DNA from: a bacterium
GTDB lineage: Bacteria > Bacteroidota > Bacteroidia > Bacteroidales > UBA3663
DNA: 64,000 nucleotides
Reading direction: 5' to 3'
Assembly (NCBI GenBank): GCA_963631395.1
Contig: CAVGQN010000004.1
Span: 3,770-67,769 of the forward strand
Both the position numbers and the translations under genes were made by a program. Of the stretch, positions 7,111 to 15,302 are shown in pieces. The notes under the pieces are model-generated. The model was given only the letters and a program-made list of their open reading frames with translations. It was not told the origin of the DNA and did not search any database. Each line of letters starts with the position of its first letter. The stretch's first letter is position 1.

Positions 7111-8550
7111 ATGGTGAATATAGATGAATATACTCGCGAGGTAACTTGTGAGTACAAGGGTGAATTGTATTCTGTTCGTGACAACGGAGCAGTCTTAAGA
7201 CATGCCCGGGAGGGAAAGCCGACAAGACCGTTGGACAATAAATGGACATTCGGCAGGAAGAACGAGAAAGGCTATATGATGATAAGCAATCATAGAGTTC
7301 ATATCATCGTAGCAACAGCTTTTGTGCCCGGCAGAAAAGAGGACAAGGTGGTAGACCATATTGACACAAACCGCTGTAATAATAGGGTGGAAAATCTGAG
7401 GTGGTTGACACCTTTGGAAAATGTTCTTCTCAACGAAGTGACTCTAAAGAGAGTGACCTATCTTTGTGGAGGCGATATCAAAAAGTTTATCGAAAATCCT
7501 TCTTGTCTGCAAGATTTGACTGGTAAAAACCAGGATATCATGTGGATGAGAACGGTGACTGCCGAGGAAGCCAGACTTACTTGGGAACGCATATCACAGT
7601 GGGCAAGAAGACCGATTTCGGCATATCAACTACCACTGCCAAAAGTGCCAACCAAAAGTTTTGAAGAGTGGTTAGGTAATCATGACATCAAGGAGGTGCA
7701 ATCAAATACGTCCGAATGTTTTACAAATCCAAAGGTATACGATTTTGAAAAAGAGCAATCTGCTTCAGAGATAATTTCGACAGACCATCTCACTTCACAA
7801 GATGAACAAATAGAAGAGGAAGATGAGTGGGACAAGAAAGAAGTCTTTTTTTATGAGAAGAATGAATCTCTGACTCCTTGTGCACTTCAAAAGCACTTTT
7901 ATGAGAAGATGAGTTTCCCTCTTTGTCCGAATGATACTAATGGAGGTCTTGATGCATATGCTGACAAACTGAGCATAGGAGAGATTGCAGCGCGAACGGA
8001 GCATGGCGAAGAATTTATAATATTGTCATGGGGATGGACACTAAAATTGGATGCCATTCAAGTCGTGATTCAACAAAATGAACTACGATATTACATGTAC
8101 ATTTCTCTTGAAGGTGAAAAGTATTTTCATTTTATTAAATATTATTACGAGGAATCTTGCCGTTTTTGTGGTTCGCAAAACGTGCTTCAGTATGGCGGAA
8201 AAGCATTATGCGATTTCCCTCTTTGTCCAAAAGACGGAAATATAACACTCGAGGAATATGCTGACCTTCTTAAAAAGGATGTAATATTTGAAAAGAATCA
8301 ATATGGCAATTACTGTGTTATAGATCAGGAAATAGTGCGAAATGAAGGAGAAGAACCCTATCTATTGGTTGCACTGAGTGCACCCAATGAAATCAAACCC
8401 TACGGCGATGCTCGTGTCTATGTGAAAAATGGTAAGGTAATCCACAAAATAGAGAAATGTTATTTTGATTATAACACTTTGCAGAGACGATTTTGTGCGA
8501 TACGAGGGCAAGAGTGGACCGGCGAAGATACAATCGATGATTACTGCTAA
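7111..8550 (+). CDS. HNH endonuclease (NUMOD4/HNH_3-like N-terminus) with a long unknown C-terminal region containing a 100-aa internal duplication
   Basis: The ATG at 7111 is 4 nt after the XRE gene stop. HNH motif: VVDHIDTNRCNNRVENLRWLTPLEN. An acidic linker is followed by two modules that each begin FPLCP[NK]D..L[DE][AE]YAD, exactly 300 nt apart. Confidence 0.8.
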   Translation: MVNIDEYTREVTCEYKGELYSVRDNGAVLRHAREGKPTRPLDNKWTFGRKNEKGYMMISNHRVHIIVATAFVPGRKEDKVVDHIDTNRCNNRVENLRWLTPLENVLLNEVTLKRVTYLCGGDIKKFIENPSCLQDLTGKNQDIMWMRTVTAEEARLTWERISQWARRPISAYQLPLPKVPTKSFEEWLGNHDIKEVQSNTSECFTNPKVYDFEKEQSASEIISTDHLTSQDEQIEEEDEWDKKEVFFYEKNESLTPCALQKHFYEKMSFPLCPNDTNGGLDAYADKLSIGEIAARTEHGEEFIILSWGWTLKLDAIQVVIQQNELRYYMYISLEGEKYFHFIKYYYEESCRFCGSQNVLQYGGKALCDFPLCPKDGNITLEEYADLLKKDVIFEKNQYGNYCVIDQEIVRNEGEEPYLLVALSAPNEIKPYGDARVYVKNGKVIHKIEKCYFDYNTLQRRFCAIRGQEWTGEDTIDDYC

Positions 8551-8580
8551 ACAAGTTTGGCCGATTGTTTCCCATCAGCG

Positions 8581-8609
8581 GCAGTTGTCAAAATTTCTTT
8601 GACAACTGC
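8581..8609. terminator. hairpin between convergent HNH and GH106-like genes
   Basis: GCAGTTGTCAAA-atttc-TTTGACAACTGC: perfect 12-bp stem with a 5-nt loop. Confidence 0.55.
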
Positions 8610-8684
8610 TTCTCAGCGTGATACGTTCTCTGCCGACGCAAGGCCGATGCTTCTTATTGGCCTTTGTTTGCCGAACTTTTTCCG

Positions 8685-11192
8685 TCAGAACGACAGAAAC
8701 ATAGATTCTCCGGGCTCGAACGGAAGCAGGACGGCGCCATGGCGGAGGCGGACGGTGCGGGTCTTGCCCGTGGCAGTGCGCAGGACGCGGACGCGGACGG
8801 GCGCGTGGCGAAGGCGGATGACGGCCGTCTGCGGCTGCGGCGAGATGTTGGCGATGAAGAACACGTCGCGCCGGCCTATGCGCTTGTGCGTGTGGACGAA
8901 GGTCGAGTCGGCGCTGAGGGCACTTTGAGAAAGGGCGGAGTCGGCGGCACTTTGCAAGGCGACAGTGTCGCCGGCGGCCGAGACGGTAATGTCACGCACC
9001 ACGTCGCGGCCCGAGGTGAGGATGCTCACGCCGGCAGCCCGCAGCGAGTCGATTTTGGCTTGCGAGGCCGGCGAGACGTAAATGCCATCTTCCACGATCA
9101 GCGCCTTGTAGCGTACGCCGTCGGGGGTGGAGAGACACGGGCCGTCGTCACCGTGGGCGATTTGAATCCGGTTGCGCAAGCCGTCGCCCGTGCAGACGTC
9201 CCAGTCCAGCTGGCCGATGTCGGGGGGCAGACGGTGGGTGAGCGTCTTCATGGGGATTTCGTCGCCCAGGTAGATGAGCGCGTCGGGCGCGGCCTGGCCT
9301 TGCTGCAGCACCTGCATGGAGCGGTTGAGCGCACGCCACACGGGCTTGAGCGCTTCCCACTGCGGGTTGGAGCGGTTGACGGCATACTCGCGTCCGGCCA
9401 CGTAAGGCGCAGTCGGCGCGGCCAGGGGGATGTGAGGCGTGGCACAAACCACGAGTTCCTGGGCACCCATCGAGAAGGCGATGTCGGCCACGCGCTTCAG
9501 CCCGAGCGGCGTGTCACGGTATTCGGCGTCGGTCATGGCTTCGGCCGAGGCAATGGGCTTGCCGTACAGGTGGGCGGCCGACGAGCAGTCCTTGACATCG
9601 TAGGCACCTTGCTGCTGATAGGCCCAGAATTCGCCCTGCGGCTTGTCGACCGAACGCTTGACGCTGATGGCGTCGCCCGTGATGCAGAGCGCATTGCCGA
9701 TGGCCTGGGCCGTGAGCGTCAGTCCGCGGTCGGCGGCCAGCTGGCGGAAAGTGCCGTAGTAGCGTTCGGCCATAAGGTCGCTGATGGTCGTGCGCAGGTC
9801 GCGGAGCACGCGGTGCGTGTCTTGTACTGACCCGACCACACAGCCGGCCAGGGCGGGCAGATAGGGGCGGAGGGAATAGCCGCGGCGAGCCTCAAACTCC
9901 TGGGTCATGAGGGGCGTCCAGTTCTGCGCGCCGGCCTCGTGACTGTCCATGGTCACGCCCGTCACCGGTATGCCTTTCGCCTCGAGGCTGTCGAGGATGG
10001 GCTGCATGTAGTTGCGCCAGTGCAGGGCGGCGGCTTCGGCCGAGAGCTTGTCGCACTCGTAGCCCAGCAGGTTGGCCGGGCCGTGCTTGGTGCGCGCGCC
10101 GGTCAGCACGGCTGCCAGGCGGAGGATGTGCCATTGGCCTTCGGGTGCAGACCATGTGAGCCGGCCGTCACGGATGTAGGCCGAGAGGTCGACAACCTGC
10201 GCCGTGTCGATGACCTCGCCGGGTCCGTAGTCGGGCGTGAGGCTTCCCTCTGTGAAGTCGCTCTGCAGGGCGGCCCATTCCTCCCAGTGGTCGAGTTTGG
10301 CTTCCGGTCCGACGCTCCAGCTGCGCACGGGCGTGCTGCCGTCGGCCGGGAGGATGCGGAAGAACCGCGACGAGTCGGCAGCGAAGGCGTGCGTGCGCCA
10401 CGGCCAGGCGCCCTGACTGCTGTAGAAGTGCTCGAGCCGCACGATGTCGTGCCAGGCGATGCTGTCGTAGCTGCCCTGCAGCGTGCCGGCGTCGGGCAGA
10501 TGGACGAACTTGGCGCCCGAGAACGTGCCCCTGGGACCGGGCATCTGCATGGCGCCGTTGCGGCCTTTGCCGCTGGGCTTGTAGCGGGCCGTGATGTGGC
10601 GGGCCAGGCCGTCAGTGTGGGCGGGGAAAGCCAGGCAGGCGATGTCGGCCACATAGCCGTCCTTGCCCTCGATGCGGGGGAGGGGCAGGCTGAGCCTTTG
10701 TCCGCCGCTGACGACGGTGTCGGCATAGGCTACGCGCTGCATGGCGTGGGTGGGGTCAATCCATCGTCCGCCGGCCACGTAGCCGGGCGAGATGTTGAGC
10801 TCGAAGGTCAGTCCGGCTCCGGTGGCAGCACGCGCCGCTTCCTCCAGGTGCTTCCACCAGGCGGGCGAGAAGCCTGCGTCGGCCTTCGACGCGTCTTTGC
10901 CGTGCGTCTGGTCGTAGTACACCACTCCGCCGAAACCAGCTTCCTTCAGTGCCTTGACGTCGGCGGCAATGCCCTCGCTCGTAGTCGCCTCGTAGCCGAA
11001 GAACCACCACGTCTTCATGCGCGGTTCGCTGTTGCGCCCCGCGGCACTGGCCAGGCCCAGACTGCAGAGCAGGGTGCAGGCCAAAGCCTTTCGGCCGATA
11101 AATTTTCTTTGCCAAAAACTTTTCCCAAAACTTTGCTCGAGACTTTGCCCCAGAAAAGTCTTGTTGTTATCGGATAACTTTCTTCTTTCCAT
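8685..11192 (-). CDS. glycoside hydrolase, GH106-like (putative alpha-L-rhamnosidase-type)
   Basis: 835 aa. The N-terminal region ...KTWWFFGYEATTSEGIAADVKALKEAGFGGVVYYDQ resembles the GH106 family N-terminal signature, and there is a signal-like stretch ALACTLLCSLGLASAAG. The only in-frame ATG upstream of the signal peptide is 11192, which overlaps the preceding gene by 26 nt. The family call is from memory of motifs. Confidence 0.6.
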   Translation of the reverse strand: MERRKLSDNNKTFLGQSLEQSFGKSFWQRKFIGRKALACTLLCSLGLASAAGRNSEPRMKTWWFFGYEATTSEGIAADVKALKEAGFGGVVYYDQTHGKDASKADAGFSPAWWKHLEEAARAATGAGLTFELNISPGYVAGGRWIDPTHAMQRVAYADTVVSGGQRLSLPLPRIEGKDGYVADIACLAFPAHTDGLARHITARYKPSGKGRNGAMQMPGPRGTFSGAKFVHLPDAGTLQGSYDSIAWHDIVRLEHFYSSQGAWPWRTHAFAADSSRFFRILPADGSTPVRSWSVGPEAKLDHWEEWAALQSDFTEGSLTPDYGPGEVIDTAQVVDLSAYIRDGRLTWSAPEGQWHILRLAAVLTGARTKHGPANLLGYECDKLSAEAAALHWRNYMQPILDSLEAKGIPVTGVTMDSHEAGAQNWTPLMTQEFEARRGYSLRPYLPALAGCVVGSVQDTHRVLRDLRTTISDLMAERYYGTFRQLAADRGLTLTAQAIGNALCITGDAISVKRSVDKPQGEFWAYQQQGAYDVKDCSSAAHLYGKPIASAEAMTDAEYRDTPLGLKRVADIAFSMGAQELVVCATPHIPLAAPTAPYVAGREYAVNRSNPQWEALKPVWRALNRSMQVLQQGQAAPDALIYLGDEIPMKTLTHRLPPDIGQLDWDVCTGDGLRNRIQIAHGDDGPCLSTPDGVRYKALIVEDGIYVSPASQAKIDSLRAAGVSILTSGRDVVRDITVSAAGDTVALQSAADSALSQSALSADSTFVHTHKRIGRRDVFFIANISPQPQTAVIRLRHAPVRVRVLRTATGKTRTVRLRHGAVLLPFEPGESMFLSF

Positions 11193-13611
11193 TGACGATG
11201 TAGATGCCCGGACGGAGTTGGCCGGAGGGGTTGCAGGGACGGCCCATCAGGTCGTAGACGGTGACGGGGGCCGAGTCCGTATCCGCGGCGATTTTCTCCA
11301 GGCCCGTGCTGCCCGGCGAGCCGGCATAGATGCGCACGGTGGTCAGATTGTCCACGCCCGAGGCAGTGCCCATGAGCACGTAGTCGCTGCCCTGCCGGTA
11401 GTAGACCCTGGCGTAGCAGTGCGTGCCCGACGCGGCCGGACGGAACGTGTCGTTGGCCTTCACGAGGGTGCCGCTCAGCGTGTAGGTGCCGGCAGCACCG
11501 GCAGGCAGGGCGGCATTGGCCGTCATGGTGGCGACGGGTGCCGTGGAGGTAGCGGTCTTGAAGAACTGCACTTGCAGCTGCCCGCTGTAGCGGCCCGACG
11601 TGTTGGAGAGCGCAACGTCGAACGAAGCCGCGCTGCCCACAAAGAGCGAATCGCCGTAGGCGGCATCGGCCTTCAGTGCCGGCTTGGCTGTCAGCACGAG
11701 GTTGGACGAGAGCGTCTGGTCGCCGACGACGGTGACGGTGGGCAGGCTGCCGCCGACCTCAGTCATCTCGCTCGACGAGAAGTCGGAGGGCCAGAAGTAG
11801 AGGTCCATGGCGCGCTGTCCGGCTTCGCTGAACGTGACACCGAAGGTCACCGTGGCCGACGAAAGCGCAGGGATGGTGACGATGTCCGACTGCGCCCAGC
11901 AGGTGTCGCCGGCGGAAAGAGCCAGCACGTAGCGGCCGCAGCAGGTGGCGTCGTTGCCGTTGGTGATGCGGCACGTGATGGTCTGCTCGCTGCCCGTGCG
12001 GAGCGTGTCGGTGCCGAAGTTCCAGTCGGAGGCCGTGAGCGTCAGGTCGGCCGACGGGAGGGTGAAGTAGGCCACGGAGTGGGAGACGGAGCACTGCCAG
12101 CAGGCCGGCCGGTTGGCGTTGCTGCGCACGAAGCCTATGCTGTCTTTGTTCGTGCCTTGATATTCCCTGGTCATCAGATAGACCTCGTACGAGCCGCTCT
12201 CGAGCGAACGCGGAATTTTGACGGGCAACTTCCATGAGGTATAGTAGCCGTTGGGGACGGACAGGGTGTCGCTGTACATGGCGACGGCCTTGGTCTTGCC
12301 GTCACGGACGAAGGCGAGGCCGAAGTAGCCGACAAACGGCTCGTCCATGAAGTGGAAGATGTTGTTGACCTCGATCAGCGCATTTTCGCCCAATTTGATT
12401 GAAGGCTGCGAGATGGTGCAGGCCGTTGTGCCCTTGGAATTGACGGGCGTGTAGTAGCGGCCTCCCGTCAGACGGCCGGCAGGGGCGAGCTGCACCAGGG
12501 CCATCTGGTCGTCGCAGAACTTGAAGGTCATGGGGTTGAGGACGGCGATGTCGTAGTAGCCGTCGTACGTGCCGTACCAGCCCCAGTTGGCATGATAGAG
12601 GCCCGAGGCGTCGATGCCGTCGAGGATGAAGCAGTGGCCGCCCATGGTGTCGTCGTTGCCGCCATAGATGACGGGCCGGCTGTTGGCCAGCTCGTTGCGC
12701 AGAATGGTCTGCCACTCGTCGTAGGTGTACTGCGAGCGGCACAGTGCCTGCACCAGGCCGTCGTAGCCGAAGTGCCTCTTCACGGCCGTGTGGATGAAGC
12801 TCAGGGCCGACGACGAAGCGTCTTTGCCGTATTGCATGCTGACGGCCACGCCGGCTTGGTAACTGAGTTTGGCCACCTCGTTGAGCTGCGCCGGCGAGTA
12901 GTCGGTGTTCGGGTCATACTGGTCGAACATCAGCGAGTAGTCGTAGGTCTGCTGGCTGAAGTTGAGCGTGACCGACGGTGCGTACGTTCCGCCCTCGTAG
13001 GTCTTGCTGCCCGTGCCACGGGTCGGATACCGGTAGAAGTAGAGGCACTGCGCCAGGGCTGTCGCCACGCAACCCGTCACGCAGCGCGTGTCGCCGACCG
13101 AGGGGCAGAGGCGGTTGAAGGGCGTGCCTTGTCCCCAGGCGATGTCGCCCAGAAGCGGTGCAATCGGCGTGACCGTCGCATCGGCCGCTGCAGTGGCCAG
13201 GGTCACCTCGGGGTGGCTCTCCAGGTAGGCTGCTGCCTGGCCGATGTTCTCGAGCCAGTGCTGGAAGCCTACGGGCATCAGCTCGGCATTGTAGGTGCCG
13301 CTGGGGCTGTAACCAATCACGGGGCGCATCCGGTCCGTGCCGCTCACCACGGCAAAGCCGTCGCCCTGGCTGTCGCTGAATATGTAGTAGGGGACGAGCG
13401 TGCTGCCGGCTGTGGCGCTATCGGCTGACAAAGACCTTGCGGCAGGGGCAAGGGCCGGGGCTTCGGCCACGACGGGGTCACCGAGCAGGCCCTGGGCTAT
13501 CTGGCGGGCGTCGGCCAAGCTGCGCTGGTCGGCATACGCACTGCTTCCACCTGCCGTGAGGAGAAGGAGGGCGGCAGTGACTTTGACGATGCGGGTTCTT
13601 CTATCGTTCAT
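11167..13611 (-). CDS. C10-family (streptopain/interpain-like) cysteine peptidase with Ig-like repeats and a T9SS C-terminal sorting domain
   Basis: GQGTPFNRLCP...CVTGCVATALAQCLYFYRYP (catalytic Cys region) and GGHCFILDGIDASGLYHANWGWYGTYDGYYD (His/Trp region) align to SpeB-type motifs. The C-terminus ...GIYIVNGKKKVIR is a T9SS tail. The start is set at MNDRRTRIVKVTAALLLLTAGGSSAYA (13611). Confidence 0.85.
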   Translation of the reverse strand: MNDRRTRIVKVTAALLLLTAGGSSAYADQRSLADARQIAQGLLGDPVVAEAPALAPAARSLSADSATAGSTLVPYYIFSDSQGDGFAVVSGTDRMRPVIGYSPSGTYNAELMPVGFQHWLENIGQAAAYLESHPEVTLATAAADATVTPIAPLLGDIAWGQGTPFNRLCPSVGDTRCVTGCVATALAQCLYFYRYPTRGTGSKTYEGGTYAPSVTLNFSQQTYDYSLMFDQYDPNTDYSPAQLNEVAKLSYQAGVAVSMQYGKDASSSALSFIHTAVKRHFGYDGLVQALCRSQYTYDEWQTILRNELANSRPVIYGGNDDTMGGHCFILDGIDASGLYHANWGWYGTYDGYYDIAVLNPMTFKFCDDQMALVQLAPAGRLTGGRYYTPVNSKGTTACTISQPSIKLGENALIEVNNIFHFMDEPFVGYFGLAFVRDGKTKAVAMYSDTLSVPNGYYTSWKLPVKIPRSLESGSYEVYLMTREYQGTNKDSIGFVRSNANRPACWQCSVSHSVAYFTLPSADLTLTASDWNFGTDTLRTGSEQTITCRITNGNDATCCGRYVLALSAGDTCWAQSDIVTIPALSSATVTFGVTFSEAGQRAMDLYFWPSDFSSSEMTEVGGSLPTVTVVGDQTLSSNLVLTAKPALKADAAYGDSLFVGSAASFDVALSNTSGRYSGQLQVQFFKTATSTAPVATMTANAALPAGAAGTYTLSGTLVKANDTFRPAASGTHCYARVYYRQGSDYVLMGTASGVDNLTTVRIYAGSPGSTGLEKIAADTDSAPVTVYDLMGRPCNPSGQLRPGIYIVNGKKKVIR

Positions 13612-13620
13612 CAGGATTGT

Positions 13621-13805
13621 TATTTCTTTCATCAAGACTCTTCTCGCTTTCATTAAGGGTTGTTCTTTATCTTTTATCAAGACCTTTGCCCTTCATCAAG
13701 CTTCTCTTGCTTTTATCAAGACTCATCAAGTCTCGCTTTCATCAAGCTTCCTCTTGCTTTTGTCAAGATTCATCAAGTCTCGCTTTCATTAAGGGTTGTT
13801 CTTTT
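13621..13805. repeat. composite repeat array in the C10 peptidase 5' leader
   Basis: Unit of about 48 bp x2 (13692-13739 and 13740-13787). Perfect 27-bp direct repeat TCTCGCTTTCATTAAGGGTTGTTCTTT at 13642-13668 and 13778-13804. TCATCAAG occurs many times. Confidence 0.85.
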
Positions 13806-13818
13806 TTATTATTGTGCG

Positions 13819-13826
13819 CAAAAGTA
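13819..13826 (-). promoter_or_regulatory. -7 promoter box for the C10 peptidase gene
   Basis: Minus-strand TACTTTTG, about 207 nt upstream of start 13611. The leader in between is the repeat array. Confidence 0.4.
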
Positions 13827-13900
13827 GCGTATTTTGCCGTAATGACCAAACGGAACGGCATTTTTCGGCCGAAAGTTTTGCTTTTTGTCCGTAATATGCC

Positions 13901-13908
13901 TATATTTG
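13901..13908 (+). promoter_or_regulatory. -7 promoter box for the CinA-family gene
   Basis: TATATTTG, 27 nt upstream of ATG 13936. Confidence 0.5.
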
Positions 13909-13935
13909 GCCGCGCAAAACATAGTAAAAAAAGAA

Positions 13936-14430
13936 ATGGAACGATTCCTGAACGACAACGAGGTGGGCCGTGAGACGGGCCGTCTGCTCGCCGACCGCGG
14001 GCTCAGTCTGGCTACGGCCGAAAGCTGCACGGGCGGCACCGTGGCATCGATGGTGGCAGCCGTGCCCGGAGCGTCGGCCTACTATCGGGGCGGCGTGGTC
14101 AGCTATGCGGTGTCGGTCAAGGAGGACGTGCTGGGTGTGACTGTGCGCGACGGCGTGGTGAGCGAAGACACGGCGCTACAGATGGCCCGGGGCGTGGCAC
14201 GGCTGTGCAAGGCCGACTGCGCGGTGGCTACGACGGGCGTGGCCGGTCCGGGTCCGTCGGAAGGCAAACCCCAGGGCACTGTCTGCGTGGCGGCCGTGTG
14301 GGGCGAGAGGGCAGTGACCAGAACTTTCGCGCTGAAAGGCGACCGCGAGGCTGTGATTTTGCAAAGTGCAGATAACGCTTTGAGACTTTTGTGCCAACTC
14401 ATAGCCGGGAAAGAGAAAGAAAACCGCTGA
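13936..14430 (+). CDS. CinA-family protein (PncC-like nicotinamide-nucleotide amidohydrolase domain)
   Basis: LATAESCTGGTVASMVAAVPGASAYYRGGVVSYAVSVKEDVLGV and CAVATTGVAGPGPSEGKPQGTV are CinA C-terminal-domain motifs. The ATG at 13936 follows a TATATTTG box. Confidence 0.85.
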   Translation: MERFLNDNEVGRETGRLLADRGLSLATAESCTGGTVASMVAAVPGASAYYRGGVVSYAVSVKEDVLGVTVRDGVVSEDTALQMARGVARLCKADCAVATTGVAGPGPSEGKPQGTVCVAAVWGERAVTRTFALKGDREAVILQSADNALRLLCQLIAGKEKENR

Positions 14431-14647
14431 AAGATTTGGCCGGTAAAGGAAAATGCGCTTACTTTGCACCCTGTTTCGGGTAAAGACGGACCGAATCCGA
14501 CCCGGGGGAAGTGATGCGCCTCTGCGGGAGAAGCAAGTCCGGCAGCCGGAAACAAGCGATTTTAACTCATAACAATTAAAATCGGATATCCCGCCCTTCT
14601 GTCAGGGGTTTCCATTAGTCCGGTTTTATAAACAAAAACGAACAACA

Positions 14648-14878
14648 ATGTCTAGAATTTGTCAGCTCACTGGTAAAAAGGCAGGAAGAGGAAACAACGT
14701 CTCACACTCCAAGCGCCGCACAAAGCGCCTGTTCAATGTGAACCTGCAGGTGAAGAAGTTTTATGTTCCGGAACTCGACGACTTCGTATGTCTGAAGGTT
14801 TCTGCCGCAGCAGTCCGGACTATCAACAAGAAGGGTATTTCAGCCGCTCTCAAGGAGGCTGGTTATGTAATCGGCTAA
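14648..14878 (+). CDS. rpmB: 50S ribosomal protein L28
   Basis: [34 protein letters not shown] is the canonical L28 N-terminus. Confidence 0.95.
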   Translation: MSRICQLTGKKAGRGNNVSHSKRRTKRLFNVNLQVKKFYVPELDDFVCLKVSAAAVRTINKKGISAALKEAGYVIG

Positions 14879-14885
14879 TACAACT

Positions 14886-15074
14886 ATGGCAAAGAAAGTA
14901 AAAGGCAACCGCGTACAGGTTATCCTCGAGTGCACAGAGCAGAAAGCCTCGGGTGTTCCGGGAATGTCTCGTTATATCACTACCAAGAACCGCAAGAATA
15001 CAACCGAGCGTCTTGAGTTGAAAAAGTATAACCCATTCCTTAAGCGTTACACAATCCACAAGGAGATCAAGTAA
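14886..15074 (+). CDS. rpmG: 50S ribosomal protein L33
   Basis: [62 protein letters not shown] is canonical L33, 7 nt after rpmB. Confidence 0.95.
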   Translation: MAKKVKGNRVQVILECTEQKASGVPGMSRYITTKNRKNTTERLELKKYNPFLKRYTIHKEIK

Positions 15075-15115
15075 TCCCTTTGGACATCATTAACCATAAA
15101 AAAACGAGTTGAACT

Positions 15116-15268
15116 ATGGCAAAGAAAGCAGTGGCCTCTCTCCAGACAGGTGAAGGCCGTACATTCAGCAAAGTGATCCGTGTGGTAAAGTCTCCAAAGA
15201 CCGGTGCTTATGTCTTCGAGGAGGAGATGGTTCCCAACGACAAGGTAAAGGAAGCTGTTGCTAAGTAA
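15116..15268 (+). CDS. DUF4295-family small protein (50 aa)
   Basis: Not in the ORF track (under 60 aa). MAKKAVASLQTGEGRTFSKVIRVVKSPKTGAYVFEEEMVPNDKVKEAVAK matches the small protein that conventionally follows rpmG in Bacteroidetes. Confidence 0.7.
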   Translation: MAKKAVASLQTGEGRTFSKVIRVVKSPKTGAYVFEEEMVPNDKVKEAVAK

Positions 15269-15302
15269 GTTACATTTCCTACAGAGAAATAGAATACAGA
15301 CT

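Noticed and set aside
4827-8550. Septu-like system (ATPase PtuA plus HNH PtuB), formed by the DUF234 AAA ATPase and the HNH gene
   Set aside because: The ATPase belongs to the archaeal-ATPase/DUF234 type rather than the ABC-like AAA_15/21 type of PtuA. The genes are separated by a pseudogene fragment, a GC-content break and a separate promoter and regulator, so they are not one operon. The idea is kept only as a remark under the XRE-HNH finding.
8664-12237. Long plus-strand ORFs (8664-9830 at 388 aa, 9939-11177 at 412 aa, 11017-12237 at 406 aa) opposite the GH106-like and C10 peptidase genes
   Set aside because: They are shadow ORFs typical of GC-rich DNA. Their translations are Arg/Ala/Gly/Val/His-rich low-complexity strings with no motifs, while the minus-strand frames carry clear family signatures.
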